Part shown: positions 1 through 13,459 of the stretch, piece after piece | Layout: every line of letters begins with the position of its first letter | Numbering within the stretch: the stretch's first letter is position 1 | Origin: Octopus sinensis | Taxonomy: Eukaryota | Assembly: GCF_006345805.1 (NCBI RefSeq) | Contig: NC_042998.1 | Span: 202,740,001-202,804,000 of the forward strand | Direction: 5' to 3' | DNA: 64,000 bases | Program-made: the position numbers and the translations under genes | The notes under the pieces: model-generated | The model's database searches: none | What the model was told of the DNA's origin: nothing | The model's input: only the letters and a program-made list of their open reading frames with translations

Positions 1-277
1 ATTTTCATTAGATGTTTATTATTGTAATTATCTCGCGTTCTTATTTGAGATTGGCCCCAAATGCTATCACGCAATTATGCTATCTTTTATCTTATCTGAA
101 GCGGAGATAATTTTAATAAATACAGAACAACCTTTAGGCAAATTGCATATATCTGCCACGTAAATAAGCGTAAATATTTCACGGAATTGCACTTATGCGC
201 ATGCGTTAAGTGATAGGTGATATAGAAAAATTAGTTCACCATCCACGCACCATTGCCACTTCTAACACCACCACCAT

Positions 278-281
<4 letters not shown>

Positions 282-353
<72 letters not shown>
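282..353. repeat. (CT)n microsatellite
   Basis: Uninterrupted CT dinucleotide run; it explains the SL-repeat ORFs. Confidence 0.98.
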
Positions 354-356
<3 letters not shown>

Positions 357-791
357 CCTTTCTTTAACCTTGCTATCAGAACATCAGCCTTCTGCTAAAA
401 TTATATTTCTAGCTCTTTTTCTAAATATCACTACCTTCAACTAACTTTTTTAGCCACGTAATAAATATTACGTTCCCCTTACCCACACGTCATGGCTGCT
501 CTTTTTTCTATTTCTCTCTTTCTGTCTCACTTTTCACCTTATACTCTTTTTCTCTCTCCTTTTTCCCTTGAACTAATCACACGAAAGCGTAACAATTGCA
601 TTGAACGCTTCTCTCTCTCCCTTTCTCTCTCACGCTTTTCTTTCTTCCTCTTTTTGTCTAATCTAATGAAACCGTTCCCGACGGGCTAAGTAACCTAATG
701 ACAAGAAGAATTATTATAAGATAGTATTTAATATGTCTTTACTCGTTATTCAAATGGATACTCTTATTTCTCTTAGAGCATTTTCGTTTCA

Positions 792-1395
792 TATAGAGAG
801 ACAGATAGAGAAAGAGAAAGATAGAGAGAAAGAGAGAGAAAGAGAAAGTGTTACACACTCATGTATATAATATAGATAGATAAATAAATAGACAGACAGA
901 CAGACAGGCAGGTAAGTAGATAGACAGATAGAAAGAAAGATAGATAGACACATACATACATACATACATGCATGCATGCATACATACATACATACATGCA
1001 TGCATGCATGCATACATACATACATACATACATACATACATACATACATACATACATACATACATACATGCATACATACATACATACATACATACATGCA
1101 TGCATACATACATACATACATGCATGCATGCATGCATGCATACATACATACATACATACATACACATACATACATACATACATACATACATACATACATG
1201 CATACATACATACATACATACATACATACATACATACATACATACATGCATACATACATACATACATACATGCATACATACATACATACATACATACATG
1301 CATGCATGCATGCATACATACATACATACATACATGCATACATACATACATACATACATACATACATACATACATACATGCATACATACACATGT
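792..1395. repeat. Compound GA/GATA/GACA then (CATA)n/(CATG) microsatellite
   Basis: Tetranucleotide array read directly; source of the MYVC/HTYI ORFs. Confidence 0.97.
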
Positions 1396-1756
1396 ACATT
1401 TATGCACGAGAATCCACAATGTACCCACATAAAGAAACATAGAAAGGATCTCAGAGGAAGCAGCATAAAATAATCTCCTCCAGCAGAACCAGAAGCCTCT
1501 GTAGTTGCGCTGTAAAAAGAAAGAAGAGAGAAGGAAGTTGCAGGTCCGTAGGCTGTTCTTTGGATGCGGTATAGGATATAGTTTTGTTAAACTTCGGCTT
1601 CGTTTCATAGACACAAAACATACAAAATTTCAATGAATCAAATACGTACGAAATTGTCACAGAGCAGAACTCCTGGAAATGCGGTACACCAAACCAGAAA
1701 CTGGAACTAATAACAAATACAATAAATACTACAAAGACACTAAAATTTTCGAACAT

Positions 1757-1855
1757 ATTTATATATTCATTTATAAATATATATATATATATTAATTTAT
1801 ATTTATTTATATTTATTTATATTTATTTATATTTATTTATATTTATTTATATATA

Positions 1856-1894
<39 letters not shown>

Positions 1895-1908
1895 TTTATA
1901 TTTATTTA

Positions 1909-1950
<42 letters not shown>

Positions 1951-2253
1951 TTTATAGATAGATAGATTGATACAAATATATATATAAATATATATGTATA
2001 TATACATATATATATATACATATATACACACACACACATATATATATATACATACATACATATAGTTAAATATGCATCTAAACAGCACTCATAAACTGAA
2101 TATTCACTCTATAATATATATATATATGTAGATGTATAGATAGATAGATAGATACATAAGTGCACATATAAATATATGTATGTATGTATGTAAGTATGTA
2201 GTATGTGTGTATGTATGTATGTATATATAATGTGGGGAATGTATATGTATGTT

Positions 2254-2284
<31 letters not shown>

Positions 2285-2371
2285 GTGTCTGTGTATGTAC
2301 GTATTTATGTATGTACGTATGTATGTATGTATGTATGTATGTATGTATGTATGTATGTATGTATGTATGTA
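1757..2371. repeat. Compound (TA)n/(TATT)n/(TATG)n microsatellites
   Basis: Read directly. Confidence 0.95.
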
Positions 2372-2812
2372 TAACGCTACTTTGAAGCAATCGACTGAAT
2401 ACTTTTCAAGTGTATTCTCTTTTTGAAAGTTTGAAAATATTAGAAGTGTGTTTTTTTTAAATTCCCAATATTTTAACTACCCATCGAAATGCAAACAAAT
2501 GTTCCTTTTATTTCTGCGCGATATAGAAGCACAAACAAATGTCCTCGTTTATTTATACGCGTGCGCGATCAACTTGCACAACACTTAGAACAGTTGAACA
2601 GCAAATGTTCGTGTATGTTTTTACGTAAATAACAAATAAAATCTTATATTAGTCACAGAATATTTCACTCAGAACCACGAACAAATGTTCTTGTTTATTC
2701 TTGCACACAGAAGTTTCTATTAACAAAATCTATTTCAAAATCCTACTTGACACGTCTATTTTTGAAAGAAATGAATATACACTTCTCCTAAAAAGCTAAC
2801 GACAATATATGC

Positions 2813-2974
2813 GTGTGAGAGAGAGAGAGAGAGAGAGAGTGAGTGAGAGAGAGAGACAGAGATAGAGTGAGTGAGAGGGAGTGAGTGAGAGAGAGTGAGA
2901 GTGTGTGTGTATGTGAGAGAGAGAGAGAGAGAGTGAGTGAGGGGGAAAGAATGAGAGAGAATGAGAGTGTGTGT

Positions 2975-3016
<42 letters not shown>

Positions 3017-3297
3017 GGAGAGAATGAGAGAGAGAGAGGCAGAGACAGAGAGAGAGTGTGTGAGAGGGAGTGAGTGAGAGAGAGTGAGTGAGAGAGCGGG
3101 AGAGTGTGTGTGTGAGAGAGAGAGAGTGTGAGAGAGACAGAGAGAGAGTGAGTGAGAGGGAGAAAATGAGAGTGTGTGTGTGAGAGAGAGAGAGAGTGAG
3201 CGAGAGAGAGAGTGAGTGAGAGTGTGAGAGAGAGAGTGAGAGAGAGAGTGAGAGGGAGAGTGTGTGTGTGTGTATGTATGTGTGTGTGTGTGCGTGT
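2813..3297. repeat. Compound (GA)n/(GT)n microsatellite
   Basis: Read directly. Confidence 0.95.
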
Positions 3298-3941
3298 GCC
3301 TGCGTGCAACTGTCATTTAACGAATATTACTTCGAAATCCCACATCACGATACGCAAACCCGTGTCCGCAACAAACATAAAAGAGAGTGAAATTGATATT
3401 GTCAATGCCTGGTTGGGCTCGTCTCCAGCCGGAACACACACACACACCTATTATATTTAATATGCCAACACTTCCCCCCCACTCTTCACTAAACTATCAG
3501 CAAGACAATTTGAAAACAACTAAAGCAAATTTCGAAGGCCTTTCATCTCCTTAAAATATATGTGAAACAATTCCATTTAATATTCTCTTGATACAGTTCA
3601 GCTGCAGCTATCACAAAAACAATCATCTCTGTTTAGCACTGACCTTAATGACCTCGTTACTGTCCATCCTTTTACTAATGGTACAGCTTCTCACCTTTCC
3701 TCGATAACCATATCTACCATTATGGCAACATTATCCTCATTATCATCATCATTCTCCCTCTCTTCCTAGTCATCATCATCGTCTTCTACTTTTGCTATAA
3801 TTCCTACTGCTGCTACTTCTACTAACTCTATCAACAAGAGGAAACCATTTCCCATCATTTTCACCATCTGAAATCAACATGAAAGTCTTATTAAACTCAT
3901 CTAGCGTGGAAAGCATGACGTCATCCCCTAATGTACCTATT

Positions 3942-4354
3942 TCTTTACTACCCACAAGGGGCCAAACACAGAGAGGACAAACAAGGACAGACAAACGGAT
4001 TAAGTCGATTATATCGACCCCAGTGCGTAACTGGTACTTAATTTATCGACTCCGAAAGGATGAAAGGCAATGTCGACCTCGGCGGAATTTGAACTCAGAA
4101 CGTAACGGCAGACGAAATACCTATTTCTTTATTACCCATAAGTGGCTAAACATAGAAGGGACAAACAAGGACAGACAAACGGATTAAGTCGATTACATCG
4201 ACTCCAGTGCGTAACTGGTACTTAATTTATCAACCCCGAAAGGATGAAAGGCAAAGTTGACCTTGGCGGAATTTGAACTCAGAACGTAGCGGCAGACGAA
4301 ATACCGGAAAGCATTTCGCCTGGCGTGCTAACGTTTCTGCCAGCTCGCTGCCCT
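3942..4354 (-). mobile_element. SINE-A head-to-tail dimer (tRNA-derived SINE)
   Basis: On the minus strand: head GGCAGCGAGCTGGCAGAAACG (A-box-like), GAGTTCAAATTCC (B-box-like), body GCCTTTCATCCTTTCGGGG..AAGTACCAG, tail TGTGGGTAGTAAAGAAAT. 18-bp TSD tcccctaatgtacctatt at 3924-3941 and 4355-4372. Confidence 0.92.
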
Positions 4355-4850
4355 TCCCCTAATGTACCTATTACTAATACAACAATGCTAAAATCAATCA
4401 GTTCGGAAATTGCTCCACCGCTATCCGCGTAAAGAAAACGAGTTCACAAAATCTGCCGCTATACCCTTCGCAAGAGATTATGGCTACGTTATTACTGTAC
4501 ATTCCACCCATTTTCTAAGAACTCAATGCAGCCAATCCATAGCACTTACACTAAAAGCAACCCACTTGCTATTTTAATAAGATAAAGCCCAAGCACTACT
4601 ACAGCTCTAGCTGCTGTGTTGCTGTTCAGGTTTTCATATATCAACTAAGGAAACAAGACATTCGATGGTAACAAAAGTCACTATCAGTATCGTATCTTGC
4701 AGTGATATCACAGCTACAGGGGCTTTCTGTAATCAAAGAACGCCAGTTAGTATTATAATTGGCACCTTGAACGTGAGTGCTGTATACCAGAAGAGCCAAC
4801 TCGAAAACTTCAGCTGTGAGTGCAACTGATTCTACATTAAATCTATGTGC

Positions 4851-5065
4851 GCGGCGAGCTGGCAGAATCGTTTGCATACTGGGAAAAATACTTAGCGGTA
4901 TTACGTCCGTCTTTACGTTCTGAGTTCAAATGCCGCCGGGGTCAACTTTGCCTTTAATCGTTTCGTGTCAATAAAAGTAGTACCAGATTAGCACTGGGGT
5001 CGATGCAATCGACTCAGCCCCCTCCCTGAAACATCTGGCCTTGTGCCAAAATTTGAATGGAATAT
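4851..5065 (+). mobile_element. SINE-A, diverged copy with alternative 3' tail (tail-2)
   Basis: Same head and body as other SINE-A copies, ending ccccctccc..ggccttgtgcc. Confidence 0.85.
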
Positions 5066-5387
5066 AATTGATCTGTGTGAAATAGAATGGAATGGTGCTG
5101 ATAAAATATGATCAACTGAGAATACTACCGTTTCTTCCAGTGGGTGCAAGCACGAGAGAATATTTGAGTTTTTAATCACAGCAACCATAACTAAAAAAAG
5201 GATACATAGATATACACAAAATGTGTGCGTATGTGTATCGAGGTTTCCTTTGTATTAAGGTACATTCGCCCTGGGTGGATATATACCTGTTTTCTCTAAT
5301 GCACAGTTTTTCTTTGTACCCTGGTAATCATGCACTAACATTTAACATTCACCGGAGCGTGTAGCTTCATTTCTTTATAATTTTTGT

Positions 5388-5600
5388 TCGAAGGAGTGAT
5401 GAAAAGTTCCTGGCTTTAAAGGTATCGCCAAAGGTGTGGCTGGAAGCCCAACCTTCCGAGTTCTTTCACAGAGCATAGAAAAACTGAAGGACCGCTGCAA
5501 TAAGTGTGCGAATCTGAGACGAAAACATGTTGAATAAAATAAATTAACTCATTATCCTCCTGTATTTCCCTTTACAGGAACTTTTGAGCATCCCCTTGTA
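5388..5600 (+). mobile_element. Non-autonomous mariner derivative (MITE)
   Basis: Imperfect TIRs (gaaggagtgatgaaaagttcctg / caggaacttttgagcatccccttgta). The interior encodes a mariner C-terminus-like peptide SIEKLKDRCNKCANLRRKHVE*. Confidence 0.75.
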
Positions 5601-6766
5601 AGTTATCTGCATTCAAGTCTCATAGTTTTAACATATGCAGTCATACAATCTGACTTCCACTCTGGAAGAGAAGATATTTGTTGCCAATAGATTTCCGAAC
5701 GTTTTCTAATCGTACTTAGCCTACCTATTATACTTTGTGAGAAATGCCCTACCCTTCTAATTATGCTTCCTTGATAACTGAAGTTTATAGACCACCTCTC
5801 ACAAGTAGGTCGAGCATTTAAGAGACTCTATTTCCGCTTTACTCATAGAACCTATTATAGCAGTGAATTGTCACATCGGGGTTTACTTCATCGGTTACCC
5901 TGAGTGTAATTCCACCATACCTCCTGTGCATCCATAGTTTGCACAGGGTACAGCATGTGGAACTTATACCTACATTTTTCTTCTTATCGAGTAAGGCTAT
6001 TTCCCTGGTGACATCGGGGTCCTGTCTCCTTTACTCTGTGTTTGTGTGTGTGTGTGATATTTGTGTGATGTTAGGGGGATGCTTGTGTGTCTAAGCATGT
6101 GCGATTGTGCGTGTGTGATACACATCTGGCTATATTGATATTTGAAATTTATGCGTTGCTTAATCGAGCACTGCATTAAACATTATAATTATGTACGTAT
6201 CATGTTATCATAACATAAATTCATTATTTTCTTCCATAATTAGATATGAATCACTTTACTGCTTCTCTGAATTACTGATTACTGATGTGATACACATAAA
6301 TCACGAAGGGATATTTATTACGAGATAATATTGATTTATAGCTGAGACGCAATGTTTCAAACTTTGGAAGATGGCACTTTGTTGGTACTTGCTGTATCGA
6401 TGTTGGAAGAAATAAAGTCAGGTGACAATTTAAGAAAATAAAACTCCATCGCAAAATAACTCATCGCATTTTCCCGACATTCTTCTGCTTTTTCTACTGA
6501 ATGAAACAATGAAACTAGTGGTTTTAACTAGTAGTTTCTTTCGAACTAAAAATAATTAATCTATCATTATATATATATTAATAGTTTAATTAGGAAAAAG
6601 TAACGGCAATCAGGACATTCCCAGAGTTTCTAAAACTAGTGACATCAACGTTTCTAGTGTTCACCACTACAGGAAAGCGTGTGTGGAGATCTGTGATTTG
6701 GCTGCAACTTCAGAGTCAGGGCGTAGAAAGTATAACGAAAATATGCGAGGTACATGTAATGGAGAG

Positions 6767-8044
6767 TATTAGGTCGTCGAGTATGAAATTTGTAGTAAGG
6801 TATATGGTAAACTTTGACAACTGCTCATTTTGCACCATTATTATATTCTGACAATCTTTACCATTTGTGAGAAAGCTGAGACATCTATCTCTTCATTTTA
6901 ACTCATTTTGCCTTTTATAAAGTATTTATAAATCATGTTTTGCTATTTTCGTTTAGAGATGGATAAGTCGGAAATTCGTACAGTTTTGAAATATGAGTTC
7001 TTTCTTGGAAATACAGCATCACAGGCAGGGCAGCTCGGAATATTAATGGAGCATTTCATTCTAATGTTATTACACAGCAGACAGTATCAAATGATTTGCA
7101 ATATTTCGTTCTGGTAACTTTGACCTCACAAATTAGGAACGCGGTCGACCAGAATCAAAGTTGGATAATGACATATTGAAAGCCACCGTCGAGTCAGATC
7201 ATTCTCAAAGTGCCCGTGAATTATCGTTGTTGTTTGGTGCTAGCAAGCAAGCAATATTGACTCACCTAGTTCAAATCGGTAAAGTGAAAATGTTGAGTTC
7301 CACATGAACTCAATGAAAATCAGAAACAGCAACGTTTGGAAGACTGCATTATGCTACTTTCTCGTCACAAAAATTAATCATTTTTGTATCGAATTGTAAC
7401 ATGGGATGAGAAATGGATCCAATACAACAACCATAAACGTTCAGTACAATGGTTGGACAAAGCTGAAACAGTCTGAAAAGCAAAATTCATCAAAAGAAGC
7501 TGATGGTGCGTATTTGGTGGTCTGGCGCAGGTGTGATCTATTATGATTTCATTAAACCTGACTCATTAATCACGGTCGAGGTATACTGCAGCCAAGTGGA
7601 CCAAATGATGCAGAAACTTACAACAAAACAGCCTAGATTAATCAACAGATCCACTCCTATTTTATTGCAAGATAATTCAGACCATACATCGCAAAGATGA
7701 CATTGGCAAAACATAACGGAGTTGGGGTTGGAAGTTCTCCATCATCCACCATACACACCGGATCTTGCTCCCACTGACTAACCACGTCTTCCAGAATTTG
7801 GATAATTTTTTGATAGGAAAGAAATTTAATTCCAACAATGCTGTAGAACAGCCTTTCCAAGTTTTTATTGAGTCTAGGATTGCTAGATTTTTACAGTTCC
7901 GATCTGGACAAGCTACCGCTGAAATGGCAAAAGTGTATTGACAATGTGGGTGCATATATTTGATGAATAAAACTATTCCTTGTATTTATAAAACATTAGC
8001 AAATATTTTTTTCTTTCTAAAAATTTCATACTTGACGACTGGAA
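6767..8044 (+). mobile_element. Full-length decayed mariner (DD34D) transposon
   Basis: TIRs ggtcgtcgagtatgaaattt (6772-6791) / aaatttcatacttgacgact (8021-8040). Broken transposase with MDKSEIRTVLKYEF, DEKW, WWSGAGVIYY, LLQDN and HPPYTPDLAP motifs; about 1.28 kb. Confidence 0.9.
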
Positions 8045-8759
8045 AGATATCCATTGTTTAATGTAGAAAAAAAGTTTCATGTTAGTTTCTAGATTTTATC
8101 GAAATTAAGAGCTGTGTTGAATGAATGTTTTGAGTGAATTAGAACTGTCTGTAATAGAACTCCATTTTTTATATCACAAACATGATGACTTAATTCCTTT
8201 TTTTTTTTTGATAACCTTGCGATGTTATTTCTATGAATGTTATATAGTATAGAACATTTGAGAGAATAGTTAAGTTGATTTTATTAATACTAGCACCTGA
8301 GCACATCATTATCAAAAATAAAAAAAAACAGTGATATAAGACAAAGATAGCACTAGTGTGTTATTTGAACGAACAATTTAATGAAATGTAAATAAATACT
8401 GCGATTCATTTTGTCCAATTCTCTAAGAGTACTACTGACACAAATCACTATTTTAAAATTTAAAAATATGAGAAATAATATTTAATTATTGATGAAGTTT
8501 AAATTAGATATAATTGAAAATCTATATTCACTTACTTCCTCTTTTTTTTACGCTCGTTATCTGCTGTATCTTATTTATTTAACTATGAATACGATTATTT
8601 TCAATGTTTTTACTATGTTACTACCTAAGTGACAATAATGAGAGACTATATTGTAACTTAGGCAGACTGACACACATATAGAAACAAGATTACAATTTTT
8701 TTCAAGTATTTTCTAGTTTATGATTAAATATACTGACAGCATTATTATAGATTCTTTTA

Positions 8760-9300
8760 AGGCGACGAGCTGGCAGAAACTTTAGCACGCTGGACGAAAT
8801 GCCGAGCGGTATTTCGTCTTTCATCTGCCGTTACGTTCTGAGTTCAAATTCCGCCTAGGTCGACTTTGCCTTTCATCCCTTCGGGGTCGATTAAATAAGT
8901 ACCAATTACGCACTGGGGTCGATGTAATCGACTTAATCCCTTTGTCTGTCATTGTTTGTGCCCTCTAGGTTTAGCCCCTTGTGGGCAATAATGAAATGTA
9001 TAATTGTTTATTTTAGAGAAAAAAAAGCTGAGGTCGACTTTGCCTTTCATCCTTTCGGGGTCGATTAAATAAGTACCAGTTACGCACTGAGGTCGATATA
9101 ATCGACTTAATCCGTTTGTCTGTCCTTATTTGTCCTCCCTGTGTTTAGCTCCTTGTGGGTAGTATAGAAATAGGTATTTCGCCTATCTTTACGTTTTGAA
9201 TTCAAATTCCGCCGTCGCCGACTTTGCCTTTCATCATTTCGGTTGACTTACCCCCACTCCGAAAATTTCGGGCCTTGTGCCTATAGTTGAAAGGATTATT
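8760..9300 (+). mobile_element. SINE-A cluster (full copy, truncated copy, tail-2 unit)
   Basis: Family match; junction gaaata|ggtatttcg at about 9172. Confidence 0.9.
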
Positions 9301-9774
9301 ATAAATTCATTAAGCAAGTACTAAAGCATTTCTACTGATCACTCTCTATCCTAGTACACTAACTGCCAGGAGAAAATGCTAAAAGAGGTTAAATTCCTGT
9401 GCTCTTCACGAACAAGAAATTAAATATGTGTGCGCACGTCTATTTGGGTGTGTATATGCATGCATACATATGTTTGTATTTAAAAATCTATTTATATATT
9501 AGTATCCACTGTCATCTAAATGACACGAGCGGAATTTCACGGGAAGAATAATATTATTGAATGTTACATAAATGATTTTGCCCGTCATTTTGTCTGCTAG
9601 CTAAGGTGAAATGGTTGTATGGTGTACGAGTCAGAAATGACTAACGACAAACACTTTCTTCAAGTCTACATCGGATTTCTCAAATTCCACTTGCGAAAGA
9701 TACTCTTCTCTTGTGAATTCGTAGTGAAACTAACTTCAGCGGATTAATCTACTCTAAGCATGTAGATCGTAGAT

Positions 9775-10253
9775 TGTGGGATGACGTCAGCAGCTGGGGA
9801 GCTGACCGGAACTTGGGGCTGGCCGGAAGAGGAGGGGCAGGAGTGACGCGCGCGCAGGCAGCACAGCATTGGGCCTTTTCGATCGAGGTAACCGAGGGAG
9901 TTGGACGTGTGAGCGCTTTGTTAAGGTAGGGGAATAGCAGTTGCTATTTCTAGTGTCCGAGTCGGGCTGCGTGGAAGGGTGCATTACCACTGGAGACGTC
10001 TCCATCGAAGAAGAGATGGTAGGTGTCGTTATTTCAAATCTCCCGCATACACCACATAACAGATGCAAAAGATTATATATTTTTAGTCATCAGGGTGAGC
10101 TTCGATCTTTAGGTTTCCTTCGTTTGGTTGCAGCCCTCTTGTATCTGGAGTTCTGTATAGTTCATATATTTATATATTTGTATAATATGTTTATTTGTTA
10201 GTTTATATCACGTTTTTATCCTTTTTACAAATACACCCGGGTGTATGTTAACA
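9775..10253. promoter_or_regulatory. GC-rich segment with CRE and ETS-like motifs (possible solo LTR or TE promoter)
   Basis: TGACGTCA at 9782-9789, two CCGGAA motifs and a CGCGCG run in an AT-rich background. TGT..ACA bounds are possible, but no TSD was found. Confidence 0.3.
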
Positions 10254-10656
10254 CCTGCACAAAATTGTCCTTTTCCTCTGATGTGATACCTCTGTGGCAA
10301 GTAAAGGAAATCATTATTATTTTATTCTTACTATTTTGCAGATCAATACAGTGTCGGGCACAATGCTTTGTGTTATTTGATCTGGAACTTTAAGCTCCGA
10401 GTTCAAATCCTGACGCAATCAGCATTACTTTCCATCCTTTCAGCGTCAATGAAATAAAATACCAGTCAAGTACTTGGGTCAGTTGTATTTGCAAACGCTC
10501 TTCACAAAATTTCAGGCCTTGGACTTATGCTAGAAATATTATTATAGACATTAGCACATCACCTATCTACTCAGGTTCCAGTTTACTCCTTTTTGTTGGT
10601 CTTCGTTATTATTTTTCATAGTTATTAAGTTCCAGTGCATGAGGCAATATTAAGTA

Positions 10657-10973
10657 GTGGAGGCACATGGCCTAGTGGTTAGAGAAGCGGACTTGCGGTC
10701 GAGGGAACGCGGGTTCGAATCTCAGACCGGGCGATGTGTGTGTTTATGAGCGAAACACCTATGCTCCACGCAGCTCCGACAGAAGGTAATGGCGAACCTC
10801 TGCTGACTCTTTCGCCACGACTTTCTCTCACTCTTTCCTTCTGCATCTTTCAGCTCACCTGCGACGGACCGGCGTCCCATCCAGGTGGGGAACCTATACG
10901 CTAAGGAAACCGGGAAACCGGCCCTTATGAGCCAGGCATGGCTCGAGAAGGAACAAGCAGACAAACAAACAAC
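10657..10973 (+). mobile_element. SINE-C, tRNA-derived SINE
   Basis: Canonical A box TGGCCTAGTGG and B box GGTTCGAATC, (CAAA)-type tail, 15-bp TSD aggcaatattaagta at 10642-10656 and 10974-10988. Confidence 0.9.
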
Positions 10974-11363
10974 AGGCAATATTAAGTAATTTAACTGGCA
11001 TGGGATTGGAAATTATCACACGTAAAAGATAGTTTCAACTGGAAAATAAACTTACATTGCAGTGTCGAATCGTCGAACATCATGTTGCTCGATTTAGCAT
11101 CACAGATACGAGCCAATGAGGTGGCCTCTACACGAACGCCTAACTGGCTAGAACTAACAGCCAAGTCTTCCTAAACTCACAACCTACCATATTAGAAAAT
11201 GAGGATATATTGGATGTGTAAATAACATAGTTATAGGTACACTGCTTCTAAAGGTAGAGGAGATGGTTACGGATAGAAGACATTTCATCATAAGTTTGCT
11301 CTCATCTGGGGTTAAATCGTAAGTGTCGCCATAAAATTTGTTTTCTTCTGACATAGTGCAATG

Positions 11364-11813
11364 GGTACTACTAGCGAACAGTGGTCCCGGTGCGCACTCG
11401 AGCATCCACGCAAGCTAGTCGTAAGTCGTCGATCCTACAACGACTTGCGCGTATGTTTGTATTTCAAGGCTGAATACATATCAAAGAAAATTAAATATTT
11501 TTCGAACAAAGTAAATAAAACGCAAAGTAAATATTTTTTTAATTAAGTAAATGAATTATTTTTTAAAACAATGTATATAATTTTTTTACACAAATTAAAT
11601 ATTTTTCGAACAAAGTAAATAGAACGAAAAGTAAATAATTTTTTAAAGTAAGTAAATAAATCATTTTTATAAACAAAGATTAGGGATAAAAAATTAGGTT
11701 GTAGGTTAGGGTTAGGTTTAGGGTTAAAAAGTCGTTGTAGGATCAACTACTTACGACTAGCTAGCGCAGATGCGCGAGAGGGCGCACCGGGACCACTGTT
11801 CGCTAGTAGTACC
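11364..11813. mobile_element. MITE with about 84-bp TIRs and 8-bp TSD
   Basis: TIRs begin GGTACTACTAGCGAACAGTGGTCCCGGTGCGC. TSD gtgcaatg at 11356-11363 and 11814-11821. Confidence 0.9.
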
Positions 11814-13459
11814 GTGCAATGTCCTAGTTTCGAACATTCATGCTTCTCCGATAAGAATTAATCGACTAATAAGAATTATATTGCGTTAATGATGAGAGCG
11901 AAACTGTGTTCGGCTCACGGTTTGTCAAGAAAATTTTGTTCTAGGTTGCTATGAAAGATATTGATTTATGATTAATATTGATTTATGCAACTGGTATAGA
12001 TTTCTAACATTAGTATCAATATTGTATCTAGTATCACTAACTTTCAATAAGATCACGACGCAATTTCGATTCCTGTTTGGAGCCGTTTTCCATTCACTTC
12101 TCTATTGACTCCTGTACAACATTTCAATCACACATCCTCCTATGGCTAAGTGTCTCAATTTGCGGTACCTGTGTAAGAAACAAATTATTTTTATATCCAG
12201 ACTACATTATTCCAGCTGAATGTTAATTTTAATTATCACAAAATCAAAAAACAGCCGGAAGGATTAAGATATCAATTCTTACTTAATATTCATGGTTTTC
12301 TTTTTTAGAATGTTTTACTGTAGATTTTCTTCTTATTGTTGTTATCGTTTTAGATGTTCTTATATTTTTCCCTTGTTCTGGGTGATTTTTCAACACGTAA
12401 ATTATATCTTTAAGAATCTATGAAAAATTACTGTTTGTTTACAATATAATGCACAGCTAGCAAAATATATATAAATATAAAAGGAATAAATCTTTTTCTG
12501 ATTTGTTCTTGTTGAGAGATGTCTGCTAAAGTTACTGGTGAATGAAACATAGGTTTATAAAGGTATAAACGAAACATATTGAGCGACACCACCCTTAAGA
12601 CATACAAATGACTAAATAATATGTCTGCCTCTATATATTATCACATATCATCAATGTTTGTATCTGGCTATGAATCAAGTTATGCGTATATATGTATATA
12701 CGTGTGTTTTTATATTACTATAACATTTTGTACAAACACAGTGAAATAGAAATATATCCACAATACATGAAGATAAAGACGTAATTAGAAAAGAAGAAAA
12801 ATCAATAATAAATAAAGAAAATAGATATAAATATATGTCTATTTGATTGAAAACTGCTGTAAATTTACAAATCAAATTAATATTGAGATTTTCATGTTTA
12901 GCGGTGCGTCTCGTTAAAATACGACTTCAGTGAATTTCTTGTGTTAAAGCGTAGTGACAAAAACTTAATGAGTACTTGGTTACACACGTAGAGCCGTTTT
13001 CACGAAGAAAAAAAAAATGAAATACTCATGACTATCTTCAGAGATTCTAAGACAGGTGGCAAAAAATTATCCTCAGATCGAAAACCTATCTCGAATGCTT
13101 GCAACAGAATTTGTTCCGCTAGAAGCACTCCAGGAATATATGATGATGTTAAACCAAGTAAATATAATACCGAAGAATTACCTTCCACGAACTTTCTAAG
13201 AAATTTTAGGAATGAAGAACAGGAAAAAAATATCACAAGATATGTTATCTAACTCTCAGGCCAGAAAGTTAGAGAAAGTAGCACAGACGATTTTATTGAC
13301 TCCTGTACTTGACTAGCATTTATTTTATCGATACTGAAACGATGACAGGCATTGTTAGCCTCGGCGGGATTTGATATATAAATGTAATAATAAAATAAAA
13401 TTTATCATTGTATATTTCTCACGTAATTTGTAATTGTATGTATAGTATTACTAATCCTT

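Noticed and set aside
210-3460. Long ORFs with MYVC, HTYI, SL or RE repeats (also at 22-24, 33-35, 42-47 and 58 kb)
   Set aside because: Translations of stop-free microsatellites; no coding signal.
3879-4187. Recurrent ORF MRNWYLIYRPRKDERQSRPRRNLNS (also at 16680, 20484, 42109)
   Set aside because: Chance open frame on the antisense strand of SINE-A.
8760-8850. tRNA-like heads with A and B boxes
   Set aside because: They continue into SINE bodies and lack a complete cloverleaf; not tRNA genes.
13030-13252. Protein-like frames and splice-like signals (EILRQVAKNYPQIENLSRMLA..)
   Set aside because: Better explained as a frameshifted hAT-like transposase C-terminus; too weak to call either way.
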